From Asterias rubens (taxonomy: Eukaryota), in contig NC_047069.1 in NCBI RefSeq assembly GCF_902459465.1, positions 8,494,001 through 8,558,000 on the forward strand: DNA of 64,000 nucleotides. Reading direction: 5' to 3'. Below are positions 49,482 through 62,583 of this stretch, one piece after another. A program made the position numbers and the translations under genes. Under the pieces are notes generated by a model. It saw only the letters and a list, made by a program, of their open reading frames with translations. It made no database searches and was not told the origin of the DNA. Position 1 is the first letter of the stretch. Every line of letters starts with the position of its first letter.

Positions 49482-52400
49482 GGGGAGTTCAAGAAACTTT
49501 TGTTTCGGTCATTAAAGCTCTTGCTCAACGATGTTGTGCGCATTCACTTGCCACTCTAATTAAGTGGCTGCAGTCGATGTCGGTATTTTATAAATGTAAT
49601 TTGTAAAAAGTAGCAATAAAGCTGTGTTAAATATGAAAGACAGTCTTTCACAATAATCTTGAGTGTTATTAGGTTTGGCTTGATTTTTATGAGGATTACA
49701 TTTAAATGCAAGCAATTGTGCCGGTGTTTATTCTTGGGATTTAGAGTCAAGGTCTTCCGTTTCATTCAATGTCGCATGAGATCCAAGTGTATTGATCCAA
49801 TGGCCTTGTGAGCAACTGAAAGGCTCAATGCGTGCCGGATCGGGGCTTGAGAATGGGCCGAGAAACCTCGCGATAACAGGAGTCGCCCTTTGGGAAATTT
49901 ACATTCAAGAAAGACAAAACAAGATAGGTGCACGTCCCTTCCCCTGTATGGATCCGTCAATTGAGCTAGGGGTTTCATGAAAATGAAGCAAAGCGAACAG
50001 TTGCAAATAACTAGGCGGCATATGCCTACATGAATGTTAGATTTTGACAAGCAAATTTTCAACACTATAAGACTTCAGAAGACATAAAGAAACACGTTTG
50101 CCTTAATTGTAAAGTACATGTCTCACCCATCCAACCCCCCCCCCCCCCCCCCACTCGCTGCGAGGCACCCATTTTCCGTTCAGACCTTTTGTTTTAAACC
50201 AAAGCAAAGTATCTGGTGTCATTAATGTCGCATAATGGGTTTTGTTTGATCGGTAGGGTTTTATGGATCGTCTTACTGTCAGCAATTCAGTATCAATATA
50301 TCCTTAGAATGGCATCCCTTAAAATAGATTCCTGGTTTCTCTTGCTTCGCCCCCTATTCTTTACAATCTGTAATATAGAACCTAAGTTAATACAATCATT
50401 CTTTTTCAATGAACTGTTTCTCTTAATGCAGCTATGCAATAGCATACAGAGCGAAACACTAAATATTCCAAAATGATACGAGCTTTATATATACAGTGAA
50501 TGGCAGTTTTATAGAACATACAGGATTTCAGTACAATGCACTTTTCGTTATCTGAACAATATCGACTCAAAGACCTGCTGTCACAAAAAGCACTTCAAAC
50601 CAGCAGAGTAAGGTCCACTGTTTGACTTTTTCTATATAATATCGTAAAAAGGACAAACCTTAAAATCAGTTACCGGTAACCCCCCCCCCCCCTTCCCCCA
50701 GCTACTTGTACGTCCTCTATGCATGAAAGAATCAGTAATCGCCGTTAAACTATCCCCGTTCCAGGACTCAAGTCATAAAGTATACCGTTCAAGTTGAAGT
50801 AACATTGACTGACCACAGGCTTTGTTTTAAAGGCAATTACCCTTTAGACGAATACATAAAATGTTTTAAACTAACCAGTGTTTCATGTATGAACACAAGT
50901 TAGCAACTATGTGTTTCTCCCGTTAAAGGGCAAAAGGAATGAGCATGTGGGCCTCATTTTTTCAACGTTTGAAATCATCCTTTGGCAAGATTCACTTGTT
51001 CTTCGAAGGACGTGTTGCTTGACTGTGATTCTTTCTTCTGGAACAGTACAAACAATTTGTGTGACAAACTGCAGTGTTGTAAGACAGATCCGACTGTGTT
51101 TATTGCCCATGTGCAAAATATATGTGCAATTTCAATTATTCGCTCACAGAATAATGTTATCAACTTTCTAATAAGTCTTGTATATGAAATCACGGTTGAT
51201 TTTCTATTTATTTTTATTTATGAACCAACACCACAATGATTTGTATATATGTTTTGTTGTTGTGGGGGAGGGGTTGTGTTTGTTATCTTGCTTGTTTTTG
51301 TGTTGAACTTAAAGATGCACTTTTTTCCGAAATACCAATGCTGCTTATTGTTGCATCAAGCATAAACTTGATCTAGATATCACAGGTGCAGCACCATCAT
51401 GGATCGACCATTGTGTTTCTTTCACAAATAAAACTAATCGTTGCATTCATTACCTGTTTCATTTTCTTTTCTGTAGAGCAATGATGCCCGAATTTCAGTT
51501 ACAGGAATGACTGACCCTTATGGGAGGGAAAACACAAGGTAGGTTCATTCTCGTTTTTATATTTGTTTGATTAACGGTCGATTTGATACCGTCGGTGACA
51601 CAAAGTACATTTCAATAATTCCAAATTACTTAGCCGAATATCCGAAGGGTATGAGAGAGTCTGGCATGATTAGCTACCGCATAGAAAGTCTTAAAATTGC
51701 TTGAGGAACACTTAAGCGGAAACAAAACAGTATAATGGATACAAGATTCGAGAAAACATCAACTGTGTATTGAAATTGATGTGACTTTGCTTAGAAAATG
51801 ACTATAAATTGTAAGTGGACTGTATGCAAATATCATAAGTAACAACATAGAACTTTTCCTTTAATGTAAACTGCACTTCTTCATGCAGGTCAACCGTGCA
51901 ATTTGTAGTTACTTTAGTTTGTAGATGACCCACTTAACTGGAAATGGGTGTTTGCGAAGATTGATGATATTTTCGCTTGAGTCAATTACGATTTTTATTG
52001 CTTGCTCGGGAGTACTTCTGCAAACTCAGAAAGCTAAAGTTTAAAACCAAAAGGGAATCCAGTTACTTTTAGGGAAACTAGTTTTTCGATTAGGTCAACT
52101 ACTATCGTTTAACGTAATGACTATAAGTACTGTAATGAATGAAAAAGATCACAACAAAATATTCAGTGGAAGTTGTTTTCATTAAAATCGACGGCATAAT
52201 AACTCTGTAACTCCGGGTAAATGAGGACAATTTATAATAACAAATAATTTAAAGTAAAAATACATGTCAGAAATTTAGAAAAAAAAATTCTTGTTGAAAG
52301 GTAATCAGCATGGCCGGACACGAATACGGGCTTCTTGTCACGTTTAGGTGGTGAGCCTCGTCACAGCAAACCATTAACGCTAAAAACTGCAACATGATAT

Positions 52401-53678
52401 CGAAAAGTATATGTCTACAGCACTGACGGTAATTTTGTGTAATCATCTGGCAATCGAGCTTTTCAAGAGCACACGATTAATTGCATACCTATAAATATAT
52501 GGCTGCAATTATCTGTATCAATACATTTTTTAGAAAGTTTATTACGGTCCATTTACACTTTCAACACTAATAGACGAAGGACAAATCCAAGTATAGTAGT
52601 CAATGGCTTTCACATGAACTCCAATATAAAACTGCTGATGTTTATAAGAGTTTATTTATAATATTACCACTTCACCAAAAATGTTTGAGATGTTTGTTGG
52701 ATACTGATCTTAACTTAACTTGCGATGTATGGCGAACCCTTGCCATCATTTTATGAATGTCCTACCCTTTAAACTCGTTATATTAATAGGGTGCAAAAAT
52801 ACTTTGGCTCTTGAACTTGTTTCAAAGCTTTCATCGAACAACTTCCACAAACTGTTCGTCAGAAACGGTATGGTAATTTCCCTTTTATCGAGTAGCCCCA
52901 AAATACAACATTCCCGGGTGTCGGAAATAGCACACCACCATCAAGTCGGTGGTTATCGACCGAACCTTAACTATTTCCCAAAGTGTCGAGCTTCTTCTCA
53001 CTCACACAGAAAATTACGTAAAGTATACCTGAAAATAATCATCAAAAGTGTTTGGCAGTGTAATTTACAGTCTTCTAACTAGGTTTCATATTGTCATGGG
53101 CTGAACCGAGGGTGTGTTAGTCGGGTCGGCCTCATCCCACGAGTATAAACTCTTCAGAGTGCTAAAAGCTACAGGGCTTGGTAGTTTCTTCCCCTCTTCT
53201 CTGTACATCTCACCGTCTCTTCAACTGCCCCCTTTCTACCTTCCATCTGTTGCAAACAAATAGTTCGGTAGCTCAGTTTACTTGTTCAAATATTTCAACT
53301 AGATCGAGGTGATTCTTGAGAAAAGAGTTAATGTGAAATGCGAACCCGACCGTTATATTAAACTTAATCTCAAAAACCTCAGAGGTGGTGGTAAGCCAAC
53401 AGACTTGAATTTGCCCTCAAGTCTCCTGAGATGAAGCTTTTAAGAAAGAGGGACAAACGGAATATTTCACAAAGTAAATTGGAATGGAGTTACCTGGGGT
53501 ATGACAACTGAAGTCTTTTAGGAAATGATGCAGGTAATGCGAGCATGCAACTCAATTTCGAACGGAAGGCATGGGTCAACCATTTTGTGTGATCCTTGGG
53601 ATTTTCGGCCACGAAGGAAAAACCTGTCAATCTTTGAGATATGAATAAGGTGCAAGATTCACTTTTCATCATCGATGA

Positions 53679-53722
53679 ATGTCAGTATGCAATGGTACCG
53701 ATGTCAGTATGCAATGGTACCG
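53679..53722. repeat. Exact 22-bp tandem duplication
   Basis: ATGTCAGTATGCAATGGTACCG x2. Confidence 0.85.
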
Positions 53723-54273
53723 TCATACTGTAATATGTTAACGTTTTTGTGGTGACTATGCTGATCAGTAATTGCGTTTTTATGAAATATGTCTTTAAGT
53801 TGCTGTGATCATTGTAAGCATTGGTTGTACTGCCAGTCTTTTTAATCGACATGCAACAGTCATTACAGCCATCCCTTTCTAAAAAGGGTACTCTTTATTT
53901 TAAAACATTCTTTGCTGTTGTATTTTTGGCAACCGTACTTTTACGGACTATAAAATGTATACCAGATGTATCTTTATTTGTTCGGTTTTGCAGTAACGGG
54001 TTGAATTGGTTAACGCAGTGGAATTGTCACCACGTTTACATTTCGGGTCGATTGTATGGGCTTTGTGGCACTATTTCCACTAAATGCCTGCTCCCGTCAG
54101 TACCTTTTGAATAATACAACATTGTGGCACTGCGCTGTCGGATTACAACTTGAGATGACTGGAAGAAAGAAAAATTCAGCCATGTGCTTTTTTTCTTAAA
54201 GCTCATTTTAAAAACAGTACAACATTCATTTACTGCAGTCAAATTGCTTTTCACAAGCCTATACCCATTGCCC

Positions 54274-54630
54274 TTAAAGTCACCTGGAAGTGGTATTTTT
54301 TCAAAATAAAGCTTTTGTCACTAATATATGTGTTTTGATGAGTGGAATGTGAATAAACAGTTAACTAAGGTATTAAAAAATCAGTTCTTATGTTATTTAC
54401 AAATTTAAGAGTAGACCCCGACCCGAGAGGGCGTTGTTCGTTACGTCAATCGAGGCAGACTTTGCCTGTAATGCGTAGAGTAAACACAATTGCAAAGTAC
54501 ATGTACGGACCAAGTCGTGATTTTGTACGTTTCAAAACGTTTTTTTCCGGCAATGCCGACCAGGTGTGATGCTGCTGAATGCAGAAAAACACTTTTTGAA
54601 ATGTACCACCTCATTTCCAGGTGACTTTAA
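54274..54630. mobile_element. TTAA-flanked MITE (family C)
   Basis: TTAA|AGTCACCTGGAAGTGGTA ... TACCACCTCATTTCCAGGTGACT|TTAA. Confidence 0.85.
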
Positions 54631-57600
54631 CAGTAAGCACACAGATGAGAGGTACGCTGTAAGTAACTCTCTCTAACACGGATCATCCAAACTTAAAAGG
54701 ACAGTTTTAACTGCGAAACCTGAACCGCGAAAAGATAATAAGTCAATCCATGAACATCAATCATGGATCCTGAGGAAATAACGGAACCTTTCAGACATTT
54801 TGGCTTCACATCAATCGATCATGTCCCATGAACATCAATTTGTTTGTGCGCTCGGGGAACTATTCTGTAAAAGCAGTACATACGAAACAGTCTAAAGTTT
54901 TTTAATCAGACAGGCTGTTGGAGCTAATTTTGTATTTATTTAATTTTGTGTGTGTTAATAACATCACGCATCGTGCTTCTGTGTATATATATATAGCACC
55001 CACGTCCATATTGCATCGCTGCATGGACACGCTGATTGAAAAAGTGCAGAAAAGTCACGATTCATGTTTCGCTTCTTCAAAATTAAGAATTAAGATTACG
55101 TGTCTATCTATGTTTGAAGATTTGTAATTGTTGGAGGAGTGCAGGTGAACCCATTACACTTTACTCTTCAAAGTGTATTAACTGACACATTTGTACATCG
55201 GCGGTTTTGATGGCCATGGTTTACTTTACCATTAGATATATATTCTGATAGGATAATACCTTTGCACTTTTGGCTCATTTGGCTAAAAGCTTCCGTCGGA
55301 ATGCAAGGATGTTTCATAAGCACTACCTTTAACGTACTATTAAGGTTTGCCAATCAAACTAAAACCATACGTGCTCATAATTTTATTACGCATGCAGTAT
55401 TGCACTGTTAGCCTTTGACTATACGCAAAACAACTTTCTTTAGTTTTGTTTTCATTTACTTGTTTCAGGTCATACGCAATTTTCGACGCTCTGTGTTTGG
55501 GTGCCTCTGTGTGGCCACTCAAATCAATCTTAGTTCTAATTATTACAAATATGCCGTGTTAATAATAGTATAATACCTTATAGTACAAATGATGCAAAGG
55601 GTTCTGATATCGAGATTATACGTGTCTTGCTCAAAATGGCAGGAAATTAGAAGGGCGGTGTTATTGCAAAACGTGACTGGATGACAACATAGCCATTCTT
55701 TGAGTCAATTTGTATGGAAATGAGAGAGTCGTGATGATTTACAAGGAAATACGTTTCAGGCAATTTTGAGTGACGAGTGTATTATGGCATGGACAATCAC
55801 GGATCCGTGGGGCAGTCAAGTACCAACGCTTTGCAAAGTCTTCAAATTAGCAACAACCAAGTGTACACAAGTTTTATTCGTCACCCTCTTGAATGAGCTT
55901 ATGCTGAAAGTCGTCCTTTTGGCAGTGAGCCTTGAGAGATTTTGCAAAATGAAACCAATCTTGAAGCAAAACTATACCACTTTATCGTTGTGTTTTATGG
56001 CAGCTATGAAACAATATTTTATCTTATTTAAATCCAACAAGCTTGATACTCTCTATACGAGATGTTCACGTGCTTTTTCCTAATTGTCAATTGGTGAATG
56101 ATAAACCAATCCATTTATCTTTAAGAAATAATAACAATATGACTTTATAAAGAAACATTTGTACGGCAAACCTCAACAAATTTGTCCCGTGCAGCAATAT
56201 AGAAAAAGAGTCCTATATAAATAGTTTCCTCTGGAGGAAAAACCTGAATATAAACCGTCGCGGATAACAACACATCCCAGGGCACTTTTTTGTCGAGAAA
56301 GGGGTGAACGTCCAAAACTGCTAGAAAGAACTCGCTTTGGTGTAATTTGCGAGTGACAGCGAAGAAACGAACATGCTTTTTTTACACACCAACTTTCTCC
56401 CTCTTACTCCTTCCTTTACCCGTGCCTGCCTACAGCATTTCAGTTCCCCTGGTGGTCTTGTCATTTTATCCAGTCACCTCCAGTAAACTGGGGGTGTTTT
56501 TTGCCCGATTGGGCTTTCTCTCACTCGCCGTATATATGAAAGAAACTTTTGTTCCTGTTTATCGCAACCCGTTCTATGCTCCGGGAATTGTCATTTTTTC
56601 CATGAAATTCTCCGGTTACGTCGGAAGTCTCCTCGGGGATACATCCGTCCAGAAAACGGGTTAATTGCTTTTAATACAGGAAAACGGTGGCACACGCACT
56701 TGTTGTAAAAGCAAGTTAAAAGCAAGCAAACAAACAAAATTAATATGTTCGCTGTTGTTGTTAAATGGTGTTTTCATTTCGTTAATGGAAATGACACAAT
56801 ATTTCTCTTAAATGCTTCTTTCTGCACACGAGCTTTAAGACGTTGCCAAAATTCGGCAACGAGTAAAGCAAAGAGCGGGTATTTTGAATAGGTTGTTCTT
56901 AGCATTGATGGGAAAGTGACATCGTGAACATTATGATGACAGTCATCATAAATCATGACAACAAAAATCACCTTAAATGATACTTCATTATCATGAAGGA
57001 GAAATGTGCACCGTAACGCTTATGCTGGTCAAAATTACCATTCTAAATTGGTGTTAATCGAAAAGACAGATGATACAATTACACGTAGGTTCTAGATAAC
57101 AGTTCCTAGAAACTTTAGTAACCCCGCCGGCAATTGGTTGTTTTGAGCAAGAATTTATTAGAATTCCAGTGGTTATTTGATTTTGGTGCCTCTACTCAGA
57201 ACCTTCTAAAGTTGTTTCCGAATCCGAAACAATAACTGAAGTGTTTTTGAGCATGTATATCATTACATAGGTTTCCGATTAAAAAAGCTGCCCACGTTTT
57301 TGAAAAATCGTTTTAATTTGATACATGCCGATTCTCGCAGTTACATTTGCATTCATTTTGTAACGTGTTAAAATTGTCATACATGTCTCAATGACGTTGT
57401 TCCATGCCCGGTTTCGGTTTGTGTGTGTAATGTATTATATGGATAGTTTAGTAAAAACATCATCTATCGGTTTGATCGAACGTAGTTCCTTTGAATGATT
57501 GTCTGTGTCGGATCGTGTAAAGCAAGCAAGACATCCAGTGACCTGACATTTTTCATTGCTTACCCATTCGGGCTTCTCTTGCGCTCGCTACATTGTCCCA

Positions 57601-57868
57601 TCTCAGAATATTAGCCTCCCTATAAGTTTAAATTGTTTCGTTTGACGAAGAGCCAAATAATGCATACAATGATGTCAGTAACTTGATTTGGATATCTTTT
57701 GAGCCAATATTGTTAGGGCTAGGTTCCGTCTGCATCATTTATTCAGATGGGTAAATATTCAGCCTCCGGTTCATGTTACATATATACATCTGTCAATGAA
57801 CTCTTATAGTTAAACGCAAAGAGGAAAATGGCGAAAGCCATCACCAGGAAATCAGATCCCAATAGGTA

Positions 57869-58212
57869 TTAAAGGCACTTCTGGAATTGTCAAAGACCAG
57901 TATCCTCACTTGGTGAATCCAGTACCCTCACTTGGTGTGAACGCTTTTGCTCAATTAGTCATCAATATTGAAAGAAATAATGAGAGAAAAAAATACTATC
58001 CTTGTTGCCAGGCATTTGTGCTCCATCAGATGCCTGCATGCAAAAAGCTTCATGCTTTGTCAGATTCAAATTTTGTAGTGACGATTTACCTCTTCTGCAC
58101 ACTATTTAAAAAAGGGGTTGTTTAAACAATGTTTTATAAATCAACAGCTCTCCGGTGCTCTTCAACAAAAAAGTTGTCATGGTAAAAAATTTTTTAAAGT
58201 ATACCAGCTTAA
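57869..58212. mobile_element. Degraded family A MITE
   Basis: TTAA|AGGCACTTCTGGAATTGTCAAAGACCAGTATCCTCACTTGGTG ... CAACAGCTCTCC. Confidence 0.6.
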
Positions 58213-61200
58213 AGAACCCTTCACTTTGAGTCAATAATATAAGTGTATAAATATTGAGTGATCTGTACTTTCGGTTGCAGTTAACGCCGAGTGCAATTTC
58301 ACGCTCGTGAATCCCTCTTTAAAATGTAATTTCTCGTGATTAAATACCCTCGCGATATTGATGAGTTTACACATGTATATCAAGTTGCCCCTTCACTCAG
58401 ATCCCACACATCACAGACTATATGCAAACACGACCTTCAGAAAAGAAATTGCATATCCCAAAAATTCCCGTACACGTATTCTAGCAAAGCCCTATGAATA
58501 CAAAACCTTTCCCATTACTCATATGATGGACTATTCACAAGCTGAGCTTCTTCTTTGATCAATTCCGTATTATTTGTCACACCTTCTCCCTGTTTCAGTT
58601 TCTTATATTCCCACTTTTTAAAATGTGTTAGCTATTATATTACCATGATTAGCAAATCTCATTATAAATACAGGCGTAACAAACAGTAGTTACTATTGAT
58701 TATTTATAATAATCATAACGTTAATAACGTTATTCATCATCTTTTTGACTTGTTAAGAGCTTAATGACAAATACACTCGTTACTTTGTGTCAGAGGCGTG
58801 TTTGATTGGTGTGCCACCGTGAAGGTCGCCATTTAAGATGAAACTTATGTTGAACCGTTCTGTTGTGACTTTGTTTTATACGTCTCCAGCATGGATGAGC
58901 CCATTTTGTGAAATGGCGTGGCGCGAAATGGCAGCCATTCTAAGTTATCCAACAAGGCGCCCGAAATGCAAGGACAGCACATTACAGCGCATCATATAAA
59001 GTTAGGACAATTCAAAAATTTGCAGCGAAGTTGATTTGTCCCTAGAGTGTCAATTTATTGACTTATTATCACTCAGGAATGTCCACGCACCAATATTAGT
59101 GGTACACACCTGGGCGACCATGATGAAATATTCAAAAGTGCTATGCCAAACTCAACATTTTGTCAATCCAGTATAGCGTTTTGTACCGAAGCAGATTTTA
59201 AACCGAAGCCAAGAACCTGACATTCGCCGACATGTTATAGTGATGTTCCTTCATTTCTATTTTCACATTTAACTCGTGCGGAACCAACTGAGGTTTTAAA
59301 TAACTCCTAATGAGGAACTCACTCGTTTTGTTTTCTGTAATCGTATTGAGTACAATACTTATACTACAGTCAACCACTCACCGACAACCGTTGTCACAGT
59401 AATATCAGGGATCAGCACCCGTCCCTTGATGACACCACGCAGATCGCTGTGCAAGATGACACATTTCGGAGCAGCCCTGCAATATTTAGGTTACCCTCTG
59501 GTTGCAATAAGGTGATGTTTATGTGAAAATAAATACAATACTGATGTCCTGAAAGGTGATATGTATTAAAGGGCATCTTGGGGGGCGGGGTGACGTTTGG
59601 CCAGAGTGTCAAGATAACAAAACAGAAAAGTCAAAATAAAAGTTGATATTTTAGTATTAACTTAAAATGTAAGAAAACAAGAATTTGAAACACCGCTGCT
59701 GGGTTTTAGTACATAAAAACAAATTGCATATTATTATTCCACACGTCCGCGCCCGCCACGACCAGAAATCTGTCACGAATATTGATTGTGATAAACACGA
59801 AGCTACATTGTCGTTTTCCCCAAGTCATTTGCCTCTTCAAATGGTTGTGTGTCTGAATTGTGGTTTGTTTAAAGCGTAAATCCAGTAACATTTAGTGAAC
59901 TCTCATCTGATATCATCCTCGGGGGTTGACTTTCAACTGCACTTCTCACTGCTTCCTCGTGTCACATGTGTTTGTGTATAGACAACCGTAAATCACACCA
60001 TAAAAGAATGGATTTCAAATGCAGCTTTGAAAAGATCAACAAAACTGCGCCATAATTATGATAATATCACTCTAACAGTTGAGTTTTATACTGTTCATTT
60101 GACATACAAAATAGTGTTTTTAAATATTGTCAAGTTTCGTATATTCGATCATGACAACATGAGCGGTTTACATATATAGTTACCGTGATGTACTGTGCAT
60201 CTTCATCAAAAATGGACTCATTTATCTTCATCTTGTCATGCCAAGTGAAATTTTTGTATACATTTGTCATTTGTGTTTTAGTTTTATATGTATTGCTGTT
60301 AACATTCCCATATCTAACAAGATGATATTGAAAGCTGAGATCTCCCCATGTCAAAAATAGTTTGTGAATCTCTTAAATAGTAAAAGCTGTTCACTTCAAT
60401 GCATGTATGTTGACGTGGAATGATCATTTCGCCTCGTGATGCTGACATCTCGGTTTTAGATTAATCGACCCTGTTCTGAGGAGAAAAATAGTAGCTTATA
60501 TTAGAACATTTGGTCACACCATAATCTGGATTCGTGATTTGAATTCGCTTATCCTACTTCAATGCATCGAGCTTGAACGGGATTTGACCCATAAACGCAT
60601 AGGCTGAAAATGTGCATTACATCAAGGCAGGGCGAAATTACTTGCTGTATGATCAACCACCCACCCCCCCTCCCCTAAAAAAAGAGGGGAACAAATAATG
60701 CCCTTAGTAAAGAAGCCACCTGCATGATGTACCAGTCTTTGACGGCTATAACAAGAAGACATCAAAAATTGAATATTGCACACTTGTGGCCATCTGCCCA
60801 TTTTTGCCACTTCTCATCAATGTGGGTTATAATACAATTATAAGTGCATAGTCACGACCGGACTGCAGTGTGTCATTCTGTTTGGATTATGGTGCTGTTG
60901 GAACGCAAACATTTGATAAGCGGTAAAATTAATGCCGGTACACAGCTGCAAGGAACTTGTACTGTTGCAACCAGCTATAAATTCAGAAGACCAAATATGA
61001 TTTATATGTTAATTTGGGCTCACATATCTTCTCGTTTCTTTGAATTGGAATTTTCAAGTTTATAAAAACGCACAGGGGCTTATCTATCTTCCATCAAACG
61101 AAACATGTTTATGGAAAAAAAATTTCAAAACCATGAATAAGAAGTACATATTAAGTGCAGAAATACATACAGGTAAAATTCATTGAAAGCAATCTAGACT

Positions 61201-62544
61201 AACTTGATTGTGGTGTTTCTCCTTGAAAAAAAATAGGTGGGTGAAGTAGATTCGCGGCATTTGAAATGTGTTATTTTATTCATTCAAGTTAAGATTTCCA
61301 TCTATAAGCTGTAAACTTTGCAAAGTTAATGCAATAATCTGTACAAAACTTGAAAAACATATTTTGGATGTAAATTCTGATATTTTCTATATCCCCGTAA
61401 GTATAGTGAAAATACATTTATCTCATTTGGGACTGCTTGTATTTATCAGCAATACATAAAGATGTGTCTAGCATTAGTGATTACCTCCGATTTACTTGTA
61501 GATACATGATCTTGAATTCAACTGTCAACGTTTCACCACGAAACTGTAAATCCGTGGGCTGTGTTTACAATGTGTGGCAGTAACACTATCGTTTTGGATG
61601 GCAATGTATATCAATGTAGTGTGCGGCGAGTGCAGAGTTCTCCTTGAACGAGAAAGCACACCGGCACTGGAGAGCACTCCAGTGAGTATTGTCTAGAAAT
61701 TGAAGCCATTTTAATGGAGACAACCAAAGTGTAGATGCTGAAAATGTACTGCATGAAACGTCGAGGCTTTACCTTAAATAAAATGACCTTTCCCCTGAAC
61801 ATCATATTTTACCCCTCATATAGAATTAATGGCATTACCAAGGTGACACTGCAACATCTGCTGAGATAAATCTTCCATTCAGAGTGGCCGATGAAATATT
61901 CATCTGGAAGACCATCGTTGCATGTTGTAAGGTCCGAAGGCGTTTGGTGTATCTTACCTTTAATACATAATGGGACTTGACCGATTTTCTTGCAACATGG
62001 AAGTGAACTATATGCCTTTTAAGTTATCATCAACCCGTAAAAAAAAGTGCAATGACGGACATGATATCATATTAAGGTCTACTTAACGGTTTGATCGGCA
62101 CTGATGATTTTCTTTTCAACAAACAGTCTTGCTTGATCAGAAAGTCCTCAAATCCTCCCATGTACTCAGGTTACGTGTCATGAAATAGCAACCTTACTCC
62201 CTAAAGCACGGGACCACTCAACTATATATATAAAACAGTGAATTTTCACGTACACATCATGAGTGCATTGTGTGAAACGTTTTTGAAATATTATACAAAT
62301 TTGTTTGTTTCGAGAAGTTTGCAAAATAGAGTTAATGTTTAAAACAAATTGCTTTCATGCACACAAATATGTAAATGGCAATTAACCTGCCTTAATCAAC
62401 AACCGCAAAGTATAGCCTTTTCAAATCGATTGTTGATAAATAATATGGAGCGAAGATGAGCAAGTAATATATATTGTTTGTCTGTGAAATCGAGAACGAT
62501 AATAATGTTTCTATTCGAACAATATTAACCCATTATTAGTTGAT

Positions 62545-62583
62545 GTTGGTGGTTGTTGTTTATGGTTGTTGTTGTTGTTGTTT
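62545..62583. repeat. (GTT)n-like simple repeat
   Basis: GTTGGTGGTTGTTGTTTATGGTTGTTGTTGTTGTTGTT. Confidence 0.6.

Noticed and set aside
52720-53082. 120-aa plus-strand ORF
   Set aside because: TTG start, no domain or coding-like composition, no supporting splice context.
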